64,000 nt of DNA from Bacteroidia bacterium (GTDB lineage: Bacteria; Bacteroidota; Bacteroidia; M30B66), in contig OZ257142.1 in the NCBI GenBank assembly GCA_965279035.1, positions 3,264,001 through 3,328,000 on the forward strand. The letters are read 5' to 3'. The translations under genes were made by a program, and so were the position numbers. Positions 1-8,465 of the stretch are shown piece after piece. The notes beneath the pieces were generated by a model. That model was not told the origin of the DNA. It worked only from the letters and a program-made list of their open reading frames with translations, and did not search any database. How positions within the stretch are numbered: position 1 is the first letter of the stretch; every line of letters starts with the position of its first letter.

Positions 1-482
1 ACTCTACCATAAATGACTTTTTTCTTAAAAACTATTTGCCAGGAATAAACTCCATCAGGAACAATTTCACCTAGATAATTTCCATCCCAATCATTACCAG
101 AAAAAATCTGTTCTCCCCATCGATTGAAAATCAACATTTGATATTCAAGTGTTGTCACTGGATGAAACCGATCGTTTATTCCATCACCATTTGGAGTGAA
201 TGAATTTGGAATCCAAACGTCGACTTCACATGGTTCTAATAAAAGCAGAGTATCGGCTTCTGTTTTACATCCGAATTCTGATACAACTACCAGATGAATT
301 AAAATACTATCTGCTTCGCTTCGGTCAATAATTATTTCGAGACCATCGACGCTGATCACTGGCGATGATGATGTAAAAAAATAAGCGGAAGCACCATTTG
401 CCTCCGCTATAACCTTTACAAAATCACATTGTCCGTGACATTGAAAAGCCAATGCCAGAAAAATGAAACTTATCAGCTTCAT
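1..482 (-). CDS. Small secreted protein with T9SS type-B (gliding motility-associated) C-terminal domain; 3' end truncated by the window
   Basis: Not in the ORF track. Manual translation: MKLISFIFLALAFQCHGQ (signal-like)...VWIPNSFTPNGDGINDRF...IFNRWGE...WDG...DGVYSW. Confidence 0.88.
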   Translation of the reverse strand, partial: MKLISFIFLALAFQCHGQCDFVKVIAEANGASAYFFTSSSPVISVDGLEIIIDRSEADSILIHLVVVSEFGCKTEADTLLLLEPCEVDVWIPNSFTPNGDGINDRFHPVTTLEYQMLIFNRWGEQIFSGNDWDGNYLGEIVPDGVYSWQIVFKKKVIYGR

Positions 483-484
483 GG

Positions 485-1057
485 CTATTGTCGCCTAAAT
501 CCAATTATTACAGGCGCGGGTTCAATGGTGAATGTTCCTGTGGCCGTTGCACTACAACCGCCTGCTCCTGTTATATTATAAGTTAAGTTATAGGTACCCG
601 GAACACTTAAGTCAACCGAAGTGCCAGCAGAGCCATTTATCAACCAAGTTCCACCTGCAGGAGTTCCGTATGGAAGCAAAGACAATGTTCCAGTGTGTTG
701 ACAATCATCTGCAGGAGAAGCAATAGTTGCAGTTAGATCAACCACATTATAATACATTGAACAGTCAAGTGGTGGACAAATTGGAGACAAGGCATTTGCT
801 TGTGCCCGAATTTGATAAACACCAGCTGTGGCGAAAGTCACCGTCATTGATGTATCACTCATGTTCAAAGTAAAAGGAGCTGCAGGAGTTACAGTCAGAA
901 CTAGACTGGCTAAATTATAATTGCTCGCATCGAAGTGAACTACTTCTTGTGTTCCAGAGCAAATTAGAATTGTATCACCACATGCGGTCGTTTGGGCAGA
1001 ACTTGTGACGGCCGCCATCAAAAAAGATGCGATCGCCAAGATTTTAAACACTTTCAT
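485..1057 (-). CDS. Secreted Ig/PKD-like repeat protein
   Basis: Signal peptide MKVFKILAIASFLMAAVTSSAQ; beta-rich repeats GTPAGGTW...PGTYNLTY...GC. Confidence 0.8.
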   Translation of the reverse strand: MKVFKILAIASFLMAAVTSSAQTTACGDTILICSGTQEVVHFDASNYNLASLVLTVTPAAPFTLNMSDTSMTVTFATAGVYQIRAQANALSPICPPLDCSMYYNVVDLTATIASPADDCQHTGTLSLLPYGTPAGGTWLINGSAGTSVDLSVPGTYNLTYNITGAGGCSATATGTFTIEPAPVIIGFRRQ

Positions 1058-1059
1058 TT

Positions 1060-2448
1060 TTATCCTTCTCGATTAAAATGAGGGTTTGGATTGCAACAGG
1101 AAACAACAGGTACAATTGCTTGAACGGTATCGTTATAGCAAGGAAAATGAGCAATCATCGAAACGGTATAAATCCCGGGTGCTGCATAATTCCATGTAAC
1201 TGAATTTCCGGCATTACTATTTCCATCACCAAAAAGCCAAACAATGGGAGTGCTGAAATTTGCACATGCAGGAGCTGCTATTGTTGGAGCTGTTAAATGA
1301 ATGCTTAGGCAATTCACATTGTAAGTAAATGGCTGTAGTATGGGTCGATTATAAAAGGAGGCATAGTTCGGAAGTCCAAATGTGGACGATCGCCCTAATA
1401 AAGAAACTGCACCACTAGTAAAACCACATCCTGATCCAATAACATTTGGATTATTTATAACCGATAGAAATGAATTATTTCTAGAGAGATATATTTTACC
1501 ATCAGGTCCAAGCTGCATTGATCCCATAAATGGACCAGTACTGGCAACCTGGTATCTTGATAATTGGATTTGTGTTTGTGTTCCGGCGCAAAGGTTGAAT
1601 TGAATTAGATTTCCTCCATTTGTGGATGCGTATGCAAGCCTACTATCGGGAGAAAATTCACATCCGTATGCTCCGGTTTCGGATGAGAGTAAAAAACCAC
1701 CAGAGACAACTCCGGTGGTATTTGAAAAATTATGGACTTCAACTTTGTTCGTGCCATTTCCGGCTAAACCATACCAACTGGAAAGTATTCGATTTCCTTC
1801 TAGGTTGGTTTTTAGTTGACCATATTTACTTTGGGCAATTCCTGTAATTACAGATCCAGAATTACTGACAACTGGAGGGGAAATTCCTGCAGAAGTAACT
1901 AACCAGGATCGGAATGCATTAGTGTTCCAGTCGTGGGTTAGAACCCAAACATCGCGGTTGTTGCAATGCCTGATGGCAGTCAATTTTTCGCATGATGGTG
2001 TCTGAAGTAAAACATTCTTTGTGGTAATGGCTCCAAGTCCTGCAGATAATGAAAGATCAACTTCGGAATATCGAATTCCATTGGGTCCAACATCTGCATC
2101 GGAAGTAAATATATACCAACCATTTGCGCTACCAGGCTTATCAATGATGATTGCCGATTGAGTTGATGAGGCGTGCCCAAGCAATCCGGTACCATTAGCC
2201 ATTACAGCGTGTAATCGATTCCAAACCGTAACTCCGTCAGTGTAAAATAACAGATTACCAGAAGCGTCGCACATGGTTGCGCAACCTTCAGTAGTTACGA
2301 GCTGACCATCGGTAAGTGCAACGGGTGGTCCAGAGGCAAAAGTTACACCGGCTTTATTTCCAAAATACCAGATGTTTGATTGCTGAGCGCTTAGCGTCAA
2401 GGCAATCAAGCAGACAAAGCTGCTAAGAAAAATTCTCATGTTTTTCAT
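1060..2448 (-). CDS. Secreted beta-propeller + PKD domain protein
   Basis: Signal peptide; WYFGNKAG, GNLLFYTDG, EFSPDS, MQLGPDGKIY and FGLPNY motifs typical of Bacteroidota T9SS cargo; PKD motif WLFGDG; no CTD. Confidence 0.85.
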   Translation of the reverse strand: MKNMRIFLSSFVCLIALTLSAQQSNIWYFGNKAGVTFASGPPVALTDGQLVTTEGCATMCDASGNLLFYTDGVTVWNRLHAVMANGTGLLGHASSTQSAIIIDKPGSANGWYIFTSDADVGPNGIRYSEVDLSLSAGLGAITTKNVLLQTPSCEKLTAIRHCNNRDVWVLTHDWNTNAFRSWLVTSAGISPPVVSNSGSVITGIAQSKYGQLKTNLEGNRILSSWYGLAGNGTNKVEVHNFSNTTGVVSGGFLLSSETGAYGCEFSPDSRLAYASTNGGNLIQFNLCAGTQTQIQLSRYQVASTGPFMGSMQLGPDGKIYLSRNNSFLSVINNPNVIGSGCGFTSGAVSLLGRSSTFGLPNYASFYNRPILQPFTYNVNCLSIHLTAPTIAAPACANFSTPIVWLFGDGNSNAGNSVTWNYAAPGIYTVSMIAHFPCYNDTVQAIVPVVSCCNPNPHFNREG

Positions 2449-2470
2449 GGGTTTTAATTGGTTTAAAACC

Positions 2471-2505
2471 CAACATTACGCTCATAAAAAAACAGTAGAA
2501 AGGAC
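2471..2505 (-). promoter_or_regulatory. Putative phage late promoter GTCCTTT-N20-TAATGTTG
   Basis: Same motif and spacing at 7979-8013 and 12263-12297, each just upstream of a start codon. Confidence 0.65.
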
Positions 2506-2519
2506 AGAAATTATTCTTC

Positions 2520-2723
2520 TTACTTTATAGTATAACTGAATAACCAACCATAATAATCATCATAACAGAAGCGAAGATTATAAATCGTTTTATCACTTCC
2601 GGAATAGCTTTCAATTTCATAAACATAACCATGAACGGGGCATTGTGGCAATAGCTCAATATTAATTAGTGATATAAGTTTCAATGATATTCCGGTGGAT
2701 GTTTTTGCGATAAAATGGCTCAT
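2520..2723 (-). CDS. Small hypothetical protein (likely start MSHF)
   Basis: ORF; the upstream extension in the track overlaps a terminator hairpin. Confidence 0.4.
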   Translation of the reverse strand: MSHFIAKTSTGISLKLISLINIELLPQCPVHGYVYEIESYSGSDKTIYNLRFCYDDYYGWLFSYTIK

Positions 2724-2781
2724 AAATAAGTTTATAATAGCGGGTTTCTTTTGCTCCTTTTCTTTGACCGAACAAAGAAAA

Positions 2782-2812
2782 GGAGTCCGGTTGGATTGCT
2801 CCACCGGATTCC
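2782..2812 (-). terminator. Intrinsic terminator after the ArdC-like gene
   Basis: GGAATCCGGT...ACCGGACTCC stem followed by TTTTCTTT on the minus strand. Confidence 0.65.
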
Positions 2813-2827
2813 CTCTTGTTTTGGCTT

Positions 2828-3166
2828 TTACTTCTCTCCTATTGGCTTAACTTGCTTGTTTGAGAATAAAAAGCAAAGCGGGAAAAACTGTCTTCCTTCG
2901 GGGTTGGCTTCAATGCCTTGTTCCTCTTGCTGTTTGCTTAGGGGTTTTCCCCAAATGTAAAAGGCTTGCGCTCCTTTGTTGACTTGGAAACCATCGCGTT
3001 TCCATTGGTCGTATGTTTTAAATTCGTTGTTCCCATCGTGGGTGTAAACTTTCAAAAGTATTGCTTCGTTTACGTTTTTAAATTCTCCCGCTTCTACCAG
3101 TGGTCGAACTTTGCTGCTCAATTCTAATAAATGAGCGCGTTTTTCTTTAATGTTTAGGGTTTCCAT
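2828..3166 (-). CDS. ArdC-like N-terminal ssDNA-binding domain protein
   Basis: FKTYDQWKRDGFQVNKGAQA...FFPLCFLFSNKQV matches the ArdC-N pattern (TFxQWxxxGxxVxKG...VFxxxQ). Confidence 0.75.
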   Translation of the reverse strand: METLNIKEKRAHLLELSSKVRPLVEAGEFKNVNEAILLKVYTHDGNNEFKTYDQWKRDGFQVNKGAQAFYIWGKPLSKQQEEQGIEANPEGRQFFPLCFLFSNKQVKPIGEK

Positions 3167-3177
3167 AGTGTTAAGAT

Positions 3178-3624
3178 TTAAAGGATTACTTCGTCTGCGA
3201 ATGAATAGTAACTGTAAGGGGTTACAATTACATGGTCTAGAAGTTGGATGTCGTTGTAATAGGCTGCATGCTTAATGTTTTGGGTTAATTTTATATCTGC
3301 ATCGCTCGGCTGTGTGTTTCCGCTTGGATGATTATGAAGCAGAATAATTGCACAGGCGTTGCCTAAAATTGCAGTTTGCAGAATAATTTTTGTGTCTGCG
3401 ACCGTTCCGGAAATTCCTCCCTGACCTATTTTTTTCCAACCTAAAACCCTGTTGTTTCGATTTAGTATTATCATCATGAATGATTCACAATGTTCTAGTG
3501 TGTCGGGGTTGAAAATCTCACGTATTGCCAAATCATAAATGTCTTTCGAGTTTAGAATTTGCTTGCGTTGGGATGGTGGTATTTTGGGTGACTTATAAAT
3601 AAGTTCTACTTCTGAAATCTGCAT
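3178..3624 (-). CDS. RadC-like JAB domain protein
   Basis: E...HNHPSGNTQPSDAD...LLDHVI JAMM motif. Confidence 0.93.
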   Translation of the reverse strand: MQISEVELIYKSPKIPPSQRKQILNSKDIYDLAIREIFNPDTLEHCESFMMIILNRNNRVLGWKKIGQGGISGTVADTKIILQTAILGNACAIILLHNHPSGNTQPSDADIKLTQNIKHAAYYNDIQLLDHVIVTPYSYYSFADEVIL

Positions 3625-3626
3625 AA

Positions 3627-3842
3627 CTAACGGGATTTAGGATTAATAATATTTGAAAACGTATCGGTGAAAATTGCCTGAATAAACTCACATATTAGAG
3701 TTCTCCGTTTTTTCTCTTGTCCTAAAGCCGTTGCAGGGCGTTTGATTGAATTGTTTACTTTTGTCATGTTCATTTTATCAAAGGGTGAATAATTGCCTTG
3801 TTGGGGATAGCCGTCCTTGACAAGGTTTTTTCTTTTAGGCAT
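3627..3842 (-). CDS. Hypothetical protein
   Basis: ORF ending 2 nt before the RadC start. Confidence 0.45.
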   Translation of the reverse strand: MPKRKNLVKDGYPQQGNYSPFDKMNMTKVNNSIKRPATALGQEKKRRTLICEFIQAIFTDTFSNIINPKSR

Positions 3843-4047
3843 AGTTCGCCCATGCCATTAATGGCGCTTTTGTTCTATCTCATTGATTGTGTGGTTTTTA
3901 GTTTCTAATATTCTATAAATTTAAAGAAATCAAACCGAAAAAACAAATTTTAAACGAATTTAATTAATTGATTATCAGTATATTATAAATATTTATACCC
4001 TTTTTTACCTGTTTTGGTATAGCAAAACAATTTAACTATTTGACTAC

Positions 4048-4089
4048 CAATTTATAAGAAGTTCTATTTTCTGAACTTCTTATAAATTG
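4048..4089. repeat. Perfect 17-bp inverted repeat
   Basis: CAATTTATAAGAAGTTC-N8-GAACTTCTTATAAATTG. Confidence 0.9.
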
Positions 4090-4274
4090 CCCCTGTAAAG
4101 GCAGCCACGCCCTGCGGTGTCGCGGCGATCGCCTCGGACGGGTTTTGGCGATATATGGGCGTGCCCCCTATACACACGCCCCCTTACATTGCCCTATTTC
4201 AGGGCATTGCAAGAGGGCAACCGATATGATTGAGTTGTTATTGGGTAGGCGATCGCCAACAGGAGGGAGGCTGG

Positions 4275-5939
4275 CTAGAGAATACCGGCGCTGAATCCAC
4301 TTGTGTTCGCTCCTAGCCTATTTGAATACTTATGGTATAATAATACATCAACACCATCAGATAGATGGGGCGCAAGTGCTTGGTCAATATGCTTGTTACG
4401 CTCTGCGCTTTTATCCTTTTCAAACCCATTGCGTCCTTGCTTGATAGGTGCCATGCGCATAGAGTTGTGTGTTTCTCTGCAGTTATCAGGGTGCATTCTA
4501 AAGCGTGGCAGCTGTGGATCCTTTTCACCTAATATGGCATTCATAAATACATACTTCACATGATGGTTGGGAGCTGCTCCCATGTAGTGCATTATAACCT
4601 TCCATCCGGCTTTGGTAAAACCTGATTGAAACTCATCAGCATAGTTCCATTCAACTAAGCCATCCTTACCAATGGCTGTTTGATCGTACCAGAAGTGTAT
4701 GACTTTGGTGCGGTGTGTTGCCAAGTAGTTCACAGCTTTCTTCACTACATCACGAAATAGATCAGGATGGTAAACCTTCAGACTATTAACAATGCGCTCT
4801 TCATCATCATACTCCTGGCTTAAATGGATGCAATTGAATGATCCTCCAAAGTCAGCTGCTGAATGTATGGGTAATGATGGATTGATGGAAGGCTCGTCGA
4901 TTGCGGTTACCTCCTGCCCTATTTCAATATTATACTGATCAGTATCAATCTTGTAGAAATGATGATCGCCAAGGGCAGGGTAGAAGCCCTGCTCCATCAT
5001 TACCATGATTGAGTTGAGAATTTCAATCTGAAACATCAAATCGCTCATTGAAGCTCTCAGCTGCTTCACATATCTCCAACCTGGTAAATTCTGAATGTTG
5101 TCGAAGATATCAGCATCACAGAAGTAAGTACTAAGCTTCTCTCCGGAAACAGGTATTATATCCGTGTGTTTAAAGAATTTCCATTCCTGTTTCAACTTAT
5201 ATGCTTGCTTCCAGAGCATTTCGATTTTATCAACAGAATCGGAATCAACAATTTCAAGAAGAATGCTAGAAAGGGCAACGCGGTAATCTTGATAGGACCA
5301 TCCATAGTCTTTGTAATAATCGGCTGCATCTAAGAGCCACATTGCTTCAGGAAGAAATGGCATCGAGCTGACAATCAACTCGCTTAAATGATAACGTGAA
5401 TTCGCAAATGGACCATTTGCATTGGCTCGGTTAGCGATCGCGACTTCTGTTTCAATTCGTTCTCGAGAAAGGTTCAACCCTTCATCGCCCATATACGAGT
5501 CGATATTGAAACCGCGAGAGGATCCTTTTCTCTCCTGGCTCACGATATGATACATTGCTCCGTTGGGAAAAGAGATTGTGTGTTTCCAGTTCTGAACTAC
5601 TGGGAAAATTGGTCTTCCCCAACTTTTGGGTGGTTCTTTTCCAATCACGTAGTTCATTCCCTCATGTATTCCGTGCATTGATAAGCCGGCAACGATAGCT
5701 GGAAGTGTTCTGGTAAATGCTTGAATGTAAGTAGCACAAACCAATGCGTTTGCGCTTCCTGGCATTGTGCGAACTACCTCTTTCATGACATAGGCCATGA
5801 AAGTTGTTTTACCGGTACCACGTCCTGCAATGATGCGATTACGGTTGCTGTAATTAATCGTGGCCAGCAACTGCCAACGATTCATTTTCAATGGAATGAA
5901 ATCACTCATTATTTGAAGTCCTTCCTTGCAATAACTCAA
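4275..5939 (-). CDS. Terminase large subunit
   Basis: Walker A AGRGTGKT, Walker B YMGDE, nuclease-like ADFG and C-terminal HLSDGVD; true start may be MSDF at about 5909. Confidence 0.88.
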   Translation of the reverse strand: MSYCKEGLQIMSDFIPLKMNRWQLLATINYSNRNRIIAGRGTGKTTFMAYVMKEVVRTMPGSANALVCATYIQAFTRTLPAIVAGLSMHGIHEGMNYVIGKEPPKSWGRPIFPVVQNWKHTISFPNGAMYHIVSQERKGSSRGFNIDSYMGDEGLNLSRERIETEVAIANRANANGPFANSRYHLSELIVSSMPFLPEAMWLLDAADYYKDYGWSYQDYRVALSSILLEIVDSDSVDKIEMLWKQAYKLKQEWKFFKHTDIIPVSGEKLSTYFCDADIFDNIQNLPGWRYVKQLRASMSDLMFQIEILNSIMVMMEQGFYPALGDHHFYKIDTDQYNIEIGQEVTAIDEPSINPSLPIHSAADFGGSFNCIHLSQEYDDEERIVNSLKVYHPDLFRDVVKKAVNYLATHRTKVIHFWYDQTAIGKDGLVEWNYADEFQSGFTKAGWKVIMHYMGAAPNHHVKYVFMNAILGEKDPQLPRFRMHPDNCRETHNSMRMAPIKQGRNGFEKDKSAERNKHIDQALAPHLSDGVDVLLYHKYSNRLGANTSGFSAGIL

Positions 5940-6525
5940 TAATGTTTTCTGGAATTAGATCTGAATGGATCTGCTGTTCAATGATTTTATATTCACTTTC
6001 GGGTAGTTCATGAATCTTCTCTAAGTCAATATTCTTAGGGCGACCGCCAGTCATTGTCAGATTCAAAATGTAGGTATTGCTCTGTGCCTTGGATGGATCA
6101 AATGGCTCTTCTGTTTGCTCAATCATCTTAAGAAGCTCCATTCGTGTTTTCATCAGTGCATTCCCGTTTTTAGCATCACCTTCTAACATAGCCTTGTCAA
6201 GCATCTGAAGATTCATCGCCAGAAGCAATTGCAAGCCATAGGATTTGTCTAATAGCGATAGAGCGTTAAATAGATACTTTGCAGTTATTAAATCATTCCT
6301 AGCGGTTGATAGAGATATTTCAGGAAACTTCCTTCTGAGAAGTTCAATAACAACGCGGTCAGTTTTGCGAGATCGCAGCTGATCGTCCGCAAAATTTACT
6401 CGATCGAGTATTTTTTTCTCCTGGTCAGAAATCTCAACCGGCTTTCCATGGACATAGTCATAAAGCCGTTCAATTTTAGCGCGGTCTTCAGGAAGAATAT
6501 CGTGCAGCTTCATAATTAAGTTCAA
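5902..6525 (-). CDS. Phage protein, candidate terminase small subunit
   Basis: Helical with an HTH-like segment ISLSTARND; overlaps the terL start. Confidence 0.5.
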   Translation of the reverse strand: MNLIMKLHDILPEDRAKIERLYDYVHGKPVEISDQEKKILDRVNFADDQLRSRKTDRVVIELLRRKFPEISLSTARNDLITAKYLFNALSLLDKSYGLQLLLAMNLQMLDKAMLEGDAKNGNALMKTRMELLKMIEQTEEPFDPSKAQSNTYILNLTMTGGRPKNIDLEKIHELPESEYKIIEQQIHSDLIPENIIELLQGRTSNNE

Positions 6526-6811
6526 TATCTAGTTGATACTTTTTGATCAATTCAAGGGCATCTTTAATTGCTGGTGTGGATCCAGAAGCTGCAGCAGTAA
6601 TGATTGCTTTTCGCACATCTGCTTTAGCTCGTAATTGCCCCCTATTTACTGCTTTGCTGATATCAGATTCAACATTGAATACCTCACGGGCAAAGCTGTC
6701 AAGGTCAACTTCTAAAATGAGTGCGATTTCAGAAATCGACATCATTGAATAGCTGAATTGCTCTACTTCTTTTAGTTCTGCTTCAGATATCGACATATTT
6801 TGCGAGCTCAT
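6488..6811 (-). CDS. Phage HTH-like protein (packaging module)
   Basis: SISEIALILEVD HTH-like segment; AASGSTPA; coupled to its neighbours. Confidence 0.55.
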   Translation of the reverse strand: MSSQNMSISEAELKEVEQFSYSMMSISEIALILEVDLDSFAREVFNVESDISKAVNRGQLRAKADVRKAIITAAASGSTPAIKDALELIKKYQLDIELNYEAARYSS

Positions 6812-7346
6812 TTTCTATCCAGGAAATATGTGAGTTAGCAGCTGAAGAACTTGTATCAATTACGCCAGCTTCAATTCTTTTGATTTTGCTCCAATTTTGA
6901 CTGCCGACAACTGTAATGGACCATGATTCATTCTTAATGATCATTACCTTAGCGTGTATCTCAGCAAGGGCAAGGCGTGTACTATTTAAAGTCAATAATT
7001 GAAGAGCTTCAGGGCAGTTGACTTTTATTCGATTTGAGACAATAGCTGTCAGCTGCTTTATGTATCCTGATCGCTTCAATTCAATTAAGATAGAAGCTGG
7101 AGCTGTGGTTATGCTCCAGGTTGTAAACCATACATCAGCAGGACCGGTTTTCTTTAATAAAAAGCGCAACAAATCGTGAGTGCTCCAACGCTTGTTGTTT
7201 ACATAGTGTTGACTGGTTTCAGGCTTCAATTCAGAGATAAATTCCTTCAGAGAATTTTCGATAAAAATTTGTTCAGTGGATCCACCCAAAAAAACTGAAG
7301 TAACAGAATCAGAAGCCTGGTGTAGTTCATCGCTTTTCAAGAGCAT
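6783..7346 (-). CDS. Phospholipase D (PLD)-like nuclease family protein
   Basis: HAKVMIIK...VVGSQNWS = HxK...GSxN signature (the usual Asp is not conserved). Confidence 0.75.
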   Translation of the reverse strand: MLLKSDELHQASDSVTSVFLGGSTEQIFIENSLKEFISELKPETSQHYVNNKRWSTHDLLRFLLKKTGPADVWFTTWSITTAPASILIELKRSGYIKQLTAIVSNRIKVNCPEALQLLTLNSTRLALAEIHAKVMIIKNESWSITVVGSQNWSKIKRIEAGVIDTSSSAANSHISWIENELAKYVDI

Positions 7347-7974
7347 GCTCTACCTCCTTCCATTTTGCTAGTAATTCATCCGCTTTAATCTTCTTCTCGG
7401 GTAACTTACTTACTTTACTATACTGCTTTTTGATGTTTTCTAGCCTCTTTGCCAGCTCTAAAGCATTTAATTGGGATAAATCCTCAATCTTGTCAACTTC
7501 GCCTTTTTTACGAGAGCCTGTCGCTTGAAATTGCTCTAGTTCAAGCCAGATTTCATCCTGCTCCTTAAAATTCTCGACAATTGTTTTTGCGAGTTGGAAT
7601 CTTTGTTCAATTGTCTTAGCTGATTTGAGATCCTGAAAGCAAGATTTGGAATGCATAAACAAGGCGTTTTTCTGCCTGTTTTTCTCTTTCAAATCATCAG
7701 GAAGAGCATTTACATCAATGTGGATGAATTTGCTTTCTGAAGTGGCTAAAAATTCATTTACTGGAGGAATTTTCTCTTTTGGTGGTGGCGATCGCCTTTC
7801 AACAACAACAGAATTAATTTTGATAAGCTCTTCCTTTAACTTATCTCTTGTGAAGGATGATTCTGTGGTAAAAAGCTTTTTAAGTAGATCGCTTTTCCCA
7901 TGAGTGTTGAATAACTCAACTCCTTTCGAATAATTAAAAGGTGCTCTAAGCCAATCTTCTATTGCGCTGATCAT
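7327..7974 (-). CDS. Phage hypothetical protein (helical)
   Basis: 215-aa ORF, first gene after a late-promoter motif. Confidence 0.7.
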   Translation of the reverse strand: MISAIEDWLRAPFNYSKGVELFNTHGKSDLLKKLFTTESSFTRDKLKEELIKINSVVVERRSPPPKEKIPPVNEFLATSESKFIHIDVNALPDDLKEKNRQKNALFMHSKSCFQDLKSAKTIEQRFQLAKTIVENFKEQDEIWLELEQFQATGSRKKGEVDKIEDLSQLNALELAKRLENIKKQYSKVSKLPEKKIKADELLAKWKEVEHALEKR

Positions 7975-7978
7975 GCTG

Positions 7979-8013
7979 CAATAGTAATAGGCGATCGCCT
8001 TATTCTAAAGGAC
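7979..8013 (-). promoter_or_regulatory. Putative late promoter GTCCTTT-N20-TACTATTG
   Basis: Second copy of the motif; the spacer holds the palindrome AGGCGATCGCCT; ATG is 4 nt downstream. Confidence 0.65.
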
Positions 8014-8293
8014 GATTTCTAACAGGGTAGAGGGTTTCGCCCTCGATGTGACATGGAACAATGGAGCTGTCGTCTAAACAGTCTATAAGATCCTGCATTT
8101 CATAAATAATTCCGGTGCGATTAATTAAGCGGCGAAGTAATTCAGCTGCAGAAAGAAATTCTTCCGCTTCGTCGGCCTCACAGGGCATAAGCTCAAAGAA
8201 AAAATCAATTATACGTTCTTTATTGACGTTGCGATCACTGGCGGCTTTCTTTGTGCGATCGAAAAGAACGATCGGCTTACCATCTTCTTCCAT
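8000..8293 (-). CDS. Small hypothetical protein with structured 5' leader
   Basis: 97-aa ORF preceded by a hairpin/pseudoknot. Confidence 0.65.
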   Translation of the reverse strand: MEEDGKPIVLFDRTKKAASDRNVNKERIIDFFFELMPCEADEAEEFLSAAELLRRLINRTGIIYEMQDLIDCLDDSSIVPCHIEGETLYPVRNRPLE

Positions 8294-8305
8294 ATAAAGA
8301 CGACC

Positions 8306-8400
8306 CCTGGGGAATAAATGTAAGTCGCCAAACGTACAACCACCTCATAGAAGCGTTTCCCCAGGAGCAATATCTCCCGAGGTAGTTGTACGTTTGGCGA
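8306..8400 (-). promoter_or_regulatory. Structured RNA leader (22-bp stem plus 9-bp pseudoknot)
   Basis: 8325-8346 pairs with 8379-8400; loop segment 8357-8365 pairs with 8306-8314. Confidence 0.65.
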
Positions 8401-8412
8401 TGTAAAAATAAA

Positions 8413-8444
8413 AAATCCCTGTAATCTTTCGACTACAGGGATTT
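8413..8444 (-). terminator. Intrinsic terminator of the capsid operon
   Basis: AAATCCCTGTAGTC-GAAA-GATTACAGGGATTT followed by a T tract. Confidence 0.85.
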
Positions 8445-8465
8445 CAACTATTAAACAACCTGCCT

